From the NCBI RefSeq assembly GCF_006345805.1, contig NC_043000.1:9920001-9984000 (forward strand): DNA of 64,000 bases, written 5' to 3'. This DNA is from Octopus sinensis. Its lineage: Eukaryota. The notes under the pieces are model-generated. The model made no database searches. It worked only from the letters and a program-made list of their open reading frames with translations, and was not told where the DNA came from. The position numbers were made by a program, and so were the translations under genes. Positions 1 to 11,520 of the stretch are shown here, piece by piece (the stretch's first letter is position 1; each line of letters opens with the position of its first letter).

Positions 1-620
1 TTTAATATACGATGTAGCATTGTCACGAGTTCAAATCATGGAACAAAAATGTAATGTGTTCATTAGAAAGTAGCTAGGCCTACCTCGGATATTGAACAGT
101 TCAGCTCTTTATCGTAAAAGAGGCTCGTTGCAGTTACTACTGGCGTCAATAGACGAAATTTATAAACTGGGGAAGGTACGAACGGTGATGATGCCGAGAG
201 AGTCGAAGGACATGGAAATCAGGCGGAATCCACCAGATGTGAAAACAGCCAGGAAGAGGAAAGCAGAAGCAGAGACTGATGACATCCTGCCTTCTCTTAT
301 GGTGGCTGCAATGCAAATTCATCGGAAAGGATTTGGTTTTGGCGCAGATCGGTTCAGACCGTTTGCAAATACGATGCGGAGTGAACGTATATGTGTTATT
401 AGCAAAACTAGGGGAGCAGAGAGAAGAGAGCTTCATTTGATCCGATGCATTCAAGGACAGAAGACGAGATGGGAGGAATATGTTGAGAGGAAAATAAGTG
501 CAGAAGTACTAGAGACTAAACTGGTTGACTGACTGCATTCAAAGACATCAACATCACTTACATACATTTACCATTGGCTACTCAGTATACAGGGAAGAAC
601 TTAATAAAGTCAACAGTCAC
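1..620 (+). pseudogene. Decayed non-LTR retrotransposon ORF, region C-terminal to RT (RLE-type, Hero/NeSL-like)
   Basis: ORF 92-532 has NSSALY..K.G.LQL...SI.E.YKLGKVR..MM.R.SKD..IR...P.VKT.RK.KA, which resembles the post-RT region of restriction-like-endonuclease LINEs as I recall them. It degenerates after ~530. Clade assignment is from memory. Confidence 0.6.
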
Positions 621-1928
621 CCAATACCAAGGAGTGAGAGATCCGTAGTCTTTGATTAGATGAATTAAAATTCTGTTGTAATATCCGCAACTTTGTTTAT
701 ATTCAAACATGTAGATTAGTTCTTCCTTTTGGGAAAATGCATACATTGCTTAGAGAACAGGATTGGTCTTGTGCAGGTCCTAGATGAGAAAAGGTGTTTA
801 TGTGAATGTGTTTATAGGTGTGTTTCGGTGTGTGTGTTTCTATGTGCGATTTCATGTGTATATATGTGTAGATATGCCCGTGCGTGTATTTAGGTAAGAA
901 TGAGCGGCTTCAAGAGCAGACAGAAAACGAGCAAATAATTGTTAATGATCAGACCTAATATAATTGTAAATATAGAGAGACAGAGAAAGCAGCACAGCTG
1001 TAAGATGCAAGTCATTAGCGATCAAATTCTATCTATTCTAAATGCATAACAATAAAATGAATAAAAGTGAAACATTGTCTGGATAGAGAAGGACATTTAA
1101 ACTCAGCGCAAGAATATTTAACTCTGAATAGCGATAGCAATACATCTGAGGCCGTGTCTGGTTCTGTCAAACAGTTTATTTTAAAGAGTTTGCGTCCCAC
1201 ATCATATTTTATACATAAGAACTGTTTTTAAAGTTATGTTCCAACCACTGGGTTAATAAAAAACGTTCGATATGTTACTACATCCATTCACATCCGAGAT
1301 AATTTTCAATATCAGAATATTCTGTAGCAAATAGACGGTACATTTCATGAGAAGCAAGGTCTCAAAGCGACAGATATTTTTGTGCTGAAAAGTGTATTTC
1401 TAATTCCCAGAGGAAGACTCACTAACTACAGACGTTCAGAGATTTTTATATGAAATCATAAAAAGTTATACGTCTGTGATATCATACTGGGAAAAATACA
1501 AAAGTATCAGAAGTAGCCAAATATCCAATCACTATAATATATACACATTGTTATGATTTCATGTGTTATCATATAACAATGGGCCTAATTTATCGTTTAT
1601 GTTTGCAATAGAGACATATAACTAAAAGAAGTCAACCACATATATTTAGAACCGTGATATGACAGAAGAAATTAATGGTTTGCCTGTCAGAAATCAAAAT
1701 TTCTTGAAAGCTTTGCTAATGATTGTTGGTATTAAATCCGCTGCTGCTGAGCACTCTAATATTTCCAAGCAAAAGTCTGTAATACTTATAAAGAAAGAGA
1801 GAAAAAGAAAACGGGTGATATGTATGGATGTATGTCTATATGAATACACACACACACACACACATATGGATATATATATATATATAGATGGCGCGTATTC
1901 TTTTTTTACATAAGTTATTTCTATGGTA

Positions 1929-2134
1929 ACGTAATTTTTGTTTGGTTTTTTAACGGCTAAGAATTTAATTTCACTTCATAATTTGTAACTGAATTATTGG
2001 AAGTCCACCTGAAGATTGTCGATCAAGACAAGAAACGATTGTAGTGGCGGTTTTTTTGACTATTTATTAAAATTTTATGTATTGATTAAGTCTTTCCTTG
2101 TTTGTTTTGCAAAATAGTGGTTTTGTCTCTAATA

Positions 2135-2150
<16 letters not shown>
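1929..2150 (+). mobile_element. Penelope-like (pLTR-derived) fragment abutting (TA)n, family P1
   Basis: 1987-2150 is nearly identical to 19343-19500. It ends in a (TA)n tract and contains a hammerhead motif. Confidence 0.6.
2005..2047 (+). ncRNA. Minimal type-I hammerhead ribozyme motif
   Basis: CCAC-CTGAAGA-TTGTC(GATCAA)GACAA-GAAA-C(GATT)G-TA-GTGG. Stem I is CCAC/GTGG, the CUGANGA and GAAA cores are intact, stem II has 5 bp, stem III has 2 bp, and the cleavage triplet is GUA. Confidence 0.7.
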
Positions 2151-2182
<32 letters not shown>

Positions 2183-2184
<2 letters not shown>

Positions 2185-2453
2185 CTCTTTACTCTCTCTT
2201 ACTCGTTTACTTGCTTCAGTCATTGACTGTAGCCATGCTGGAGCACCGCCTTTAGTCGAGAGCAAATCGACTCCAGGAGTTATTCTTTGTAAGCCTAGTA
2301 CTTATTCTATCTGTCTCTTTTGCCGAACCGATAAGTTATGGGGACGTAAACGAACCAGCATTGGTTGTCAAACGATGTTGGGTGCACAAACACAGACACA
2401 CAAACATATACACACACACACAACACACACATATACATACATACATACATACA

Positions 2454-2499
<46 letters not shown>

Positions 2500-2640
2500 C
2501 GCCGGGCTTCTTTCAGTTTCCGCCTACCAAATTCACTCACAAGACTTTGGTCGGCCCGAGGCTATAGTAGAAGACACTTGCCCAATGTGCCACGCAGTGA
2601 GACTGAACTCTGAACCATGTGGTTCGTAAGCAAGCTACTT
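2183..2640 (-). mobile_element. tRNA-derived SINE family A with internal microsatellite, 5' head clipped
   Basis: Minus strand reads AAGTAGCTTGCTTACGAACCACATGGTTCAGAG... followed by TTGGGCAAGTGTCTTC (CORE-like), an internal (TA)/(TG)/(TATG) tract and an AAGAGT-repeat tail. It matches many other copies in the window. Confidence 0.85.
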
Positions 2641-4085
2641 TATTTTATTTTATATCATTTTCCATAAAGGCAGTACAGAGATATGTAGCTTTGGGGCTGG
2701 ACAAGACATTAATGAGGCGGAATGATAAAGGAATACGCCCTGAAACATTGTTCGTTAAAAACATCATATACAGAGGTATTAAACCTCTTACAAATATATA
2801 CAAATATATACAAAGGAAACAAATTTTATACATATGGAGGCGATAAACCTCTTACGTTACTCCCTCAATTAACTCTTTTGCAGCCTGCAGGTATTCCTGC
2901 AACCACCAATCGGAGCCCACCTCCCCCAAAAAAGTAATCTGTAGTCCTCCTTTGGGAAGGATCTCGACCTGTGGAAAAAATCTTTTCTTTCCAGTACCAG
3001 TGCAGCCACTTGCGAAGGCCACTCTGGACAGCCAATAAAAATCGGATCCATCAGAATCCGACTGTTTTTGCACATACTCCTCAATTGCCCCTCCCCTGCG
3101 ATAGAGGAATACAAATTCCTCATCACTTTCATTGAAAGGGACCTCAACTACTTCGCTCAGTGGCACACATCCCACCGACAAGGTTTCCTTCTTCTCCCCC
3201 TTCGGTGGCACACAGCCCATCGAAAGGGTCTCGGGACATGCCGTCGCCGGCAATGCCCCGTTTTTCTTTTTTTTCTTCTTTTTTTCCCCTTTGCGACGGG
3301 AGGATGGAGTTCCTCCGACATGTCCGGAGGTCCCTCCTCCCTTCCCACCACATCAGGGTCCATCAGTGGGTAACTATTGTTGCCCACCTTCTTTCTCTTA
3401 GTACCAATTCTCGAGGCGGTTACCTCCTCCTTGACTTTCTCCCACTCTCCTTCCAATGAAGGAGCAGGAGGCTCCGTTGGGGGAACAGGAGGATTACAGT
3501 CACCATCAATCAACTGTTCCAGGACCTTCGCCTGGACCCGGCACAGTTCTTCTTCATGTGCCCTGATTCCAGGCACAGATGACACTTGGGGGCGTCCATC
3601 AATGATCACCGGGTGCCTGGAACCGGCCATTGTCAAGTAATCTGGTAAAACCAGATCTTCGGCCGATTGGGCCCATAGGGTCAAAATTGCTTTTCACCCA
3701 ACCCAATCAATCGCAGGCAGTATTTTTACATTCAAGAGCCTGGCAGGGCCACCACCCAGGCCTCGACGGATAGAATCTTCTACCCATTCAGCCTCTATAC
3801 CGAGTGGCAGCCCACACACGCAGGCTCTTGTCAATTTATGCCCACCATAAGTGGGGGGAAGCAAAATCTTCCTCCCATCTATAGGTTGGCTCGCAAATTT
3901 CTGAGCCTCCGTAGGGGTGTCGAAAAGCACGCACACCTTTGCACACTTTGCACCCCTACCGATGAACCTATATGTTCACAAATCCCGCCAACTCTTCTTC
4001 AATTTCATCCTGAGAGAATACCGAGATGGTGTTGCGGACCTTGCAATAAGGTGGGGGTACCAGGCCTGAAGGAGGTCCTGACTGA
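2641..4085 (-). mobile_element. Tx1/L1-like ORF1 (gag-like) retroelement derivative with 3' UTR and A-rich tail, no ORF2 seen
   Basis: Frameshifted ORFs 3694-3936, 3157-3684 and 2852-3253. LPDYLTMAGSRHPVIIDGRPQV precedes a decayed zinc-knuckle position, as in Tx1-type ORF1. A ~210-nt UTR ends in (TAAAA)n at 2641-2652. Confidence 0.6.
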
Positions 4086-4089
4086 AATC

Positions 4090-4726
4090 GCCCTTTTAAG
4101 TGAGCAGGTCTTGATCGACCTGTTCACCAAGTATAACACCGCCATCCAATCCAGTGTTGCAGTTGAGCGCCTATTCTCTATAGGCAAAGATATTTTGAGG
4201 GCCAAGAAATCAACACTATCAGATGGTAACTTTGAGAGGTTGATGTTTATGAAGGGCAAGCAGTCAGAGTAGTACACCTTGATCATCATCTGACCTTGGC
4301 ACGATACCTATGCTATACTATGCCTTTTTGATTAATTTAATACATTTTGTACAGTAGATAATGATGACTGAAAAATAAATGTTTAATTTCAGTTGTTCAT
4401 TTAATTATTTGCGTAAACTTGATCATCATCTGATCTTGGGATGCTTACCATTTTGGAAAGCTCTATGTCTAAGCTACAACATGAATATTTCAGCTTTCTA
4501 GGTCTGTTTTTAAGGGTTTTAGAGCCCCCCCCAAAAAAAAAACAGAAACAAGCCGAAACTAAATTCATATGATTAAAGCTAGCGCTTATCATTCAGCGTT
4601 AGCTTCCGCAAATTTTTTTGTACCTGTTTAGCGGTTTAGCGTTTGCGAAGCTAGCTTTTTTAATTAGTGGGTTAGCGACTATCGAAGCCAACTTTTAGGT
4701 TTTTAGGTTAGCTGTGTCCACCACTG
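4090..4726 (+). mobile_element. hAT DNA transposon 3' remnant
   Basis: DLFTKYNTAIQSSVAVERLFSIGKDILRAKKSTLSDGNFERLMFMK is the hAT C-terminal dimerisation motif (~4115-4260). There are TTAGC-rich subterminal repeats, and the terminus AGCTGTGTCCACCACTG reads 5'-CAGTGGTGG on the minus strand. Confidence 0.8.
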
Positions 4727-4727
4727 C

Positions 4728-4809
<82 letters not shown>

Positions 4810-4810
4810 T
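4727..4810. repeat. (TATC)n microsatellite
   Basis: About 20 perfect TATC units. Confidence 0.95.
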
Positions 4811-4814
4811 TATC

Positions 4815-5044
4815 TTCTTTACTGCCCACAAGGGGCTAAACATAGAGGGGACAAACAAGGACAGACAAAGGGATTAAGTCGATTACACCGACCCCAGTGC
4901 GAAACTGGTACTTTATTTATCGACCCCGAAAGGATGAAAGGCAAAGTCAACCTCGGCGGAATCTGAATTCAGAACGTAACGACAGACGAAATACCGCTAA
5001 GCATTTTGCCCGGCGCGCTAACGTTTCTGCCAGCTCGCCGCCTT
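4815..5044 (-). mobile_element. tRNA-derived SINE family B monomer
   Basis: Head GGCGAGCTGGCAGAAACGTTAG (A-box-like), GAATTCAGATTCC (B-box-like), central GTTGACTTTGCCTTTCATCCTTTCGGGGTCGATAAA (Meta-domain-like as I recall it). Confidence 0.85.
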
Positions 5045-5648
5045 ACATATACATATATATACACACATATATACAGGGTAATAATAAAGCCACTATACAG
5101 TTACTTATAATAAAAAAAAAACGAAACAGAATCAGGAAAAAAAAGCAAAGCAGGTTCACAGGTTCACAACTGTAGCTTACAAATCATCAAAGTTGGTCTA
5201 TAATTGTAGCTTATCAGAAGTTAAACCGACCAATGAGAGAAGTTTACATAATCTATTAACTAACTTAATGTTTGTTCTCGAGTGTCATTTTTAATCATAT
5301 CTCGCCAACAGACTTTAGCTGAGCGTCAGAGCATTTGCAGGCTTAAGCCGTCAGAACCATTTGTATCATAACATTTGTTAAAGCGTTTTCTCACGTTGTA
5401 GGGAATGCATTGAAGCAGGCGGCTTGTATTTCGAACAGTATCGGTAATTAATTTACTATTGTTTACCATAGCATTTTATTGTTATTAACGAGAATTAACT
5501 AGAACCATTTTCCATAATAAATTTCTGAACTGTTGATTAATTGCTTTGCTTTGTCTTAAATTTTTTTGTAAACCTGTATAGTGACTTAATTGCCAACCTA
5601 TATATATATATATATAATATATATATAAATGTTGTGTGTGTGTGTGTA

Positions 5649-5684
<36 letters not shown>

Positions 5685-5703
5685 CAATATATATATATGT
5701 ATA

Positions 5704-5873
5704 TATACTTTATTTTAAGCAGCGAGAAAATTCAACAAATCTGTTACTACTCTGAGTTTCTCTCGTTGCCTTTCATCAGACAGTTTTTGCTAGAAAGGCA
5801 ACGAGATGAAGGCAACGAGAAACTCAGAGTAACAGATTTTGTTGAATTTTCTGCTGCTTAAAATAAAGCATAT
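5704..5873. mobile_element. Fold-back element (~70-bp inverted arms) in TA tract, Penelope-like family P2
   Basis: 5704-5777 is an imperfect reverse complement of 5804-5873. It carries a hammerhead-like motif on the minus strand (5741-5783). Confidence 0.55.
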
Positions 5874-5968
5874 TACTCTACCACTGGTATTTGAGTACTC
5901 CTTTTTCCACCTTGTTTCACATTTATGTGTTTACTCCGGTATATGTATATATAGATATATATATATAT

Positions 5969-5999
<31 letters not shown>

Positions 6000-6008
<9 letters not shown>

Positions 6009-6184
6009 TCTCTGTGTATCTTCTGTTGAAGAGCGTAGGCTCGAAAACGTTAAAGACTTGTTTTATTTATATTTCTTGAGCGCCATACTAATACATTGTT
6101 TGTTTGTATTCCCCTGCCTTCGTCTTTTGTTGTGTGTTCCGTAAACCTGCCTTCGTCTTTTGTCTATTTTCATAAAGCTTCCCG

Positions 6185-6186
<2 letters not shown>
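6000..6186 (+). mobile_element. Penelope-like fragment family P3
   Basis: GAAGAGCGTAGGCTCGAAAACGTTAAAGAC motif, shared in reverse orientation with 12310-12500 and 48425-48580. Flanked by TG and TA microsatellites. Confidence 0.55.
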
Positions 6187-6224
<38 letters not shown>

Positions 6225-6232
<8 letters not shown>

Positions 6233-6539
6233 AGGATAAGATCATTATTTAAATACCGATCTTATCAGGTGGCCAGCATGGGAATAAAAATTAATAATTA
6301 TTAAAATTATAATTTAAGCTACCTAAAAGATACCACCACGCTGGAAATAGCAGCCAAAACTTGACTCTAAAATCACATAAAATGTTCATACAGCACCGGG
6401 AGAGAAAACAAAGAGACAAAATAAACTAGTAAAAAAATTACTGGATAATTCCAGATCCCGGATTTCTGGCTCTGCATAAGAAATGCTCTGCCTTCATCAG
6501 TGAATATACTCAGATAGCACATAAATACATAATCCCCAC

Positions 6540-6573
<34 letters not shown>

Positions 6574-6666
6574 CAACATACGAATATTACATATACGATT
6601 GTGATTTTAGAGTCATGTTTTGGCTGCTTTTTCCAGCGTGGTGGTATCTCTTAGTAGATACCCTAA

Positions 6667-6680
<14 letters not shown>
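6225..6680. mobile_element. Penelope-like fragment with inverted arms, family P4
   Basis: 6306-6385 is an inverted copy of 6598-6675. Embedded in (TA)n, with a hammerhead-like motif on the minus strand at 6449-6504. Confidence 0.5.
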
Positions 6681-6728
<48 letters not shown>

Positions 6729-7344
6729 TACACATAAAAGCAAAGAAGAAGCAGTTAGTTATTCACACTCGAGAAAGTAATAGTTTGAGATGAATCATTT
6801 ATATTTAAAATGAACCTAAGTAGTTTTATATACTTATTTCTAGAGACAAAAGCAAGATCTCTTAATTTGTGGAAGCTGCCTTATAAGATACGTGGATAAA
6901 TATGGGAGATTAACGTTATTGATAATCATATTGATGTCAGATTTGTTGCAGAAATACATTAAAACGAAAAGTATTCCAGTAAATACAGTGGTAGAAGCTG
7001 TCAATACGACGGATGCATGCTTCCTGTTGGTTGATGGAGTAACAGACATTGAAACGAGAAATGAGAAGAGAGTGAAAAGTAAGAGGAATATGTAAGTAAT
7101 ATGGCTGCATTCTTCTTGGAGAGAAACATGGTAAAAGAGGAAAATCCTGACGGAGAGAGAGAGAGAGAGAGGAGGAGAAGAATAGTGAGAAAGGAGAAGA
7201 AAGAAAGAGGGAGTGAGAGTATTGGGCATGAGAATGGACTAAACATTGTTGAGCCCTATATAAAATATGGTTCTTTGGCAGCCATAGCTTGTCCGGATGT
7301 TAGGATGAGATCATCCGGTTGTATGAGTTGATAAGAAGTCAACT

Positions 7345-7530
7345 GTATACCAATACTGAATATTCTTTTCTACTCTAGGCACAAGGCCCGACATTTTTGG
7401 TGAGGAGACCAGTCGAAAGGATGAAAGGCAAAGTCGACTTCGGCGGAATTCGAACTCAGAGCATAAAGACAGACGAAATACTGCTAAGCATTTCGCCCGG
7501 CGTGCTAACGTTTCTGCCAGCTCGCCACCA
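7345..7530 (-). mobile_element. SINE family B variant (internally deleted)
   Basis: GAGCTGGCAGAAACGTTAGCACGCCGGGCG head and GAGTTCGAATTCC B-box on the minus strand. Confidence 0.7.
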
Positions 7531-7741
7531 CAACAAGACTAAATATTGAGCGCAACATAATAGTATTAGAACAGTAATAAAATGAAAACAAGGATAATGC
7601 GCTATAGTTATCGATCACTATTCCGAATATTGTTTCAGAACTTCGCTAGCTGTCAAGTAGTGCTGAGTTCGAGCAGGCATTGTGAGTGAAGTATTTGCAA
7701 TTTGTCAAGCAGAAACTATTATGTGGAAACTATTATTAGGT

Positions 7742-8045
7742 ATGTTGTATGTATGTAGTATGTATGTAATGTATGTATGAAGTATGTATGTATGTGTATG
7801 TGTGTATGTATGTATGTATGTATGTATTTATGTATGTATGTATGTTTTATGTATGTATGTATGTATGTATGTATGTATTTATGTATTTATGTATGTATGT
7901 ATGTATGTTTTATGTATGTATGTATGTATGTATGTATGTATGTATTTATGTATGTATGTATGTATGTTTTATGTATGTATGTATGTATGTATGTATGTAT
8001 GTATTTATGTATGTATGTTTTATGTATGTATGTATGTATGCATGT
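7742..8045. repeat. (ATGT)n compound microsatellite
   Basis: ~300 bp of TATG units with periodic TTTA/TTTTA interruptions. Confidence 0.95.
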
Positions 8046-8058
8046 ATTTTTTTTTTTG

Positions 8059-8258
8059 TACTTGTTTCAGTCATTTGACTGCGGCCATGCTGGAGCACCG
8101 CCTTTTAGAGTACAGCAGGGATCACCACCTCCTGCCGGAGCCTCGTGGAGCTTTTAGGTGTTTTCGCTCAATAAACACACACAACGTCCGGTCTGGGAAT
8201 CGAAACCGCGATCCTCCGACCGCAAGTCCGCTGCCCTAACCACTAGGCCATTGCGCCT
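8059..8258 (-). mobile_element. Chimeric SINE: family C head joined to family A 3' end
   Basis: Head AGGCGCAATGGCCTAGTGGTTAGGGCAGCGGAC...GGTTTCGATTCCC, followed directly by AAGGCGGTGCTCCAGCATGGCCGCAGTCAAATGACTGAAACAAGT. Confidence 0.75.
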
Positions 8259-8313
8259 ATGCATGTATGCATGTATGTATGTATGTATGTATGTACGTAT
8301 GTATGTATGTATG

Positions 8314-8347
<34 letters not shown>

Positions 8348-8362
8348 TATATGAAGAGGGAA

Positions 8363-8682
8363 GGCGCGTGGCTTAGTGGTTAGGGCATTCGGCTCACGAT
8401 TGTAAGGTCGTGAGTTCGATTCCCGGCGACGCATTGAGTCCTTGAGCTAGACACTTTATTTCACGTTGTTCCAGTCCACTCAGCTGGCAAAAATGAGTTG
8501 TACCTGTATTTCAAAGGGTCAGCCTTGTCACACTCTGTGTCACGCCGAATCTCCCTGAGAACTACGTTATGGGTACGCGTGTCTGTGGAGTGCTCAGCCA
8601 CTTGCACGTTAATTTCATGAGCAGGCTGTTCCGTTGATCGTATCAGCTGGGACCCTAGTCGTCGCAACCGACGGAGTGCTCC
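8363..8682 (+). mobile_element. CORE-type tRNA SINE (family D head, tail T1; OR2-like)
   Basis: GGCGCGTGGCTTAGTGGTTAGGG A-box, GAGTTCGATTCC B-box, CORE-like GTCCTTGAGC.AGACACTTTATTTCAC, and a tail shared with 22460-22845. Confidence 0.8.
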
Positions 8683-8805
8683 TTTATATATAATATATAT
8701 ATGGGATGGGTTTGTGTGAGTACGTATATGTTCATAGTTTTCACTGTTGTATATTAGTGAAAGATATATATGTTGATAAATGAAGAAATAAATATATAAA
8801 TAAGT

Positions 8806-9210
8806 ATACTCTCTTTTACTCTTTTACTTGTTTCAGTCATTTGACTGCGGCCATGCTGGAGCACCACCTCCAGTCGAGCAAATCGACCCCGGGACTTATT
8901 CTTTGTAAGCCCAGTACTTATTCTATCGGTCTCTTTTGCCGAACCGCTAAGTGACGGGGACGTAAACACACCAGCACGGGTTGTCAAGCAATGCTAGGGG
9001 GACAAACACAGACACACAAACACACACACATATATATATATATCATATATACGACAGGCTTCTTTCAGTTTCCGTCTACGAAATCCACTCACAAGGCATT
9101 GGTCGGCCCGGGGCTATAGCAGAAGACACTTGCCCAAGATGCCACGCAGTGGGACTGAACCCGGAACCATGTGGTTGGTTAGCAAGCTACTTACCACACA
9201 GCCACTCCTG
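8806..9210 (-). mobile_element. SINE family A, full length
   Basis: GGAGTGGCTGTGTGGTAAGTAGC head, GGTTCAGTCCC B-box, internal microsatellite, AAGAGT tail. Confidence 0.9.
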
Positions 9211-10129
9211 ATATTATTTGGCATTACTCTACACGTAGTTACACTGTCAAATTCCTCTTACTTTCGTCAGCGGAAATATGGTGAACCAGTGATTGGCATA
9301 TCAAAAATCAGAAACCAACGACGCTATAGTTCACCAACTGCGATATAGAATAAATATCCAATCTTAGTTTGGAACATTTGTTTTGACACCACATTTACAT
9401 TCCAACGGAAACGAAATCTCTACGTCTCTGATGTTAATGGCCTTGGGAAATGCATCTGTTTAATATAATTCTCTGTGTTATGAAGTACGTCTGATGTGTC
9501 AAGTACAAAACAGAAAAAACAAAAAAAAAAAAAAATAACACGCACACAACAGCAATGTTTTCGCTCACTTCAAAAGAATAATGGCAGAACATTTACAAAT
9601 TTTAATCTTTTAATGCCAATTTATAATAATAAAAAGAAAGTTCCTTGAGTAATACTTACAACACTTCCTTGTTCATCTGATAATAAATTAACCTTCTGAC
9701 AATCTCTATCGTTCATCTAATAAAGGCAGATAGAGATAAGATTTTAAGGTCAAAATATGCTGGTTTTGAATAAAAACGAGATAAACTAGATAACAGAGTT
9801 AATCATTGGCAAAAATCGAACAAACATGTATTCAGATATTAAATTCGATATTTTACATGAACCTTAATGGAAAAACAATAATTGTTACTACATTGTTAGT
9901 TGTATGTATTATTGTTAGTAGTAAGAATTATAGTTAGTTGTAACAATGTAACATAATAGAAATGAATGATTAAAATTATCTAGCGGGCGCTGCTAAGTGA
10001 GATTAGATAGCTTGGAAACGTATTTTTAAAAAATATATTTTCTCATCAGATCGCCATTTTTCTCCACAGTTTCTCGACTGATATATTGACAGAAACATTA
10101 ACCGATAGTGTTTTATTGCAGCTACAGAT

Positions 10130-10325
10130 ATATTGGTCTCAAATTTTGGCACAAGGCCAGCAATTTGTGGGAGGGGACTATTCGATTACATCGACCTCAT
10201 TTTACTCATTTTACCGACCCCGAAAGTACGACAAGCGAAATTTGAACTCAGAACGTGAAGACGGACGAAATGCTTATAAGCATTTTGCCTGGTGTGCTTA
10301 ACGATTCTGCCTGTTCGCCGCCTTA
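10130..10325 (-). mobile_element. Diverged SINE family B-related copy (another at ~10560-10750)
   Basis: CACAAGGCC...GATTACATCGACC...TTTGAACTCAGAACG blocks. Confidence 0.6.
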
Positions 10326-11198
10326 TTACATCTGCAGATATATTATATATATTTTATATACTCATGAATGTATTCATAATTTAGAAACAAGTGCACAGCT
10401 TCAATTCTGTATCTAGTTTTATTGACGATTTCTTTAATACCAACTTTTGTCTCTCGAGCCCTAGGTTACACGAGGTTGGTTACCCGATTTCCATAGTGTA
10501 TAAGTAAGCAACATCACAATGTTTACTCTGGACGGGACGCCGGTCCGTTGTAGAGTTCATGACCAGCAATTTTGAGGGGTGACGGCAAGGCGATTACATC
10601 GACCCCTTACTTAACTGGTACTTTATTTTATCGAATCCAGTGAAATGAAAGGGAAATTTGGCCAAAAATGGAATTTGAACTCAGAACGTAAAATGACGGA
10701 ATAAATGCTACTGAGGATTTTGTCTGACGTGCAAACGATTCTACCAGTTATTAATAGCAAATACGAAAAAAAGTATTCATTATTTCGTAGAGCAACCTTA
10801 GTTTAACTTAAGTGTACTGATACAATACTTGGACACATCATCAGCATTGTATCCTGGGGATATTGTGCGTTTCGGGTCTTACAACATACACTCACCCAGG
10901 TGTCCAGATGGCATTGTACCGACTTCACTGATTGCCTCTTACCAGCCTGATTAATCTAGATGCTTTCTCAGTTGCCCCTACTTAGGTCTTGAAGACGCTT
11001 ATTCTGTTCACTCCTGTAATAGCCGGAGTTCCATATGGCTTGCAATATAACCTTCCAACTGCCACTGACGTTAGAGTAATCTTTAAATGTAGGATACTTC
11101 AAATGTAAAGTGCAGATACAGATACGAACATTTAAAATTGTCCAGAAAATGCTCTCACATCCACCGATTTTTTTTTTTAGCTTAGGCATTATACAAGC

Positions 11199-11520
11199 GG
11201 AGGCGCAATGGCCCAGTGGTTAGGGCAGCGGACTCGCGGTCGAAGGATCGTGGTTTCGATTCCCAGATCAGGCGTTGTGTGTGTTTATTAAGCGAAAACA
11301 CGTAAACCTCCACGTAAACCTCCACGAGGCTCCGGCAGGGGATGGTGGCGACCCCTATTATAATCTTTCGCCCAAACTTTCTCTCACCCTTTCTTCCTGT
11401 TTCTTGAGTAACGCTGCGATAGACTGGCGCCCTGTCCAGCTGGGGGGAACACATACGCCATAGAAACCGCGAAACCGGACCCATGAGCCTGGCTAGGCTT
11501 GAAAAGGGCGCATAAATAAA
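11199..11520 (+). mobile_element. tRNA SINE family C head with tail T2
   Basis: GGAGGCGCAATGGCCCAGTGGTTAGGGCAGCGGACTCGCGGTC head. The tail GCGATAGACTGGCGCCCTGTCCAG...GCCATAGAAACC is shared with 41876-42121. Confidence 0.8.

Noticed and set aside
7773-8239. MYVC/YIHT/IYIY/HTHT-type ORFs here and throughout the window
   Set aside because: Microsatellite translations or SINE read-through, not genes.
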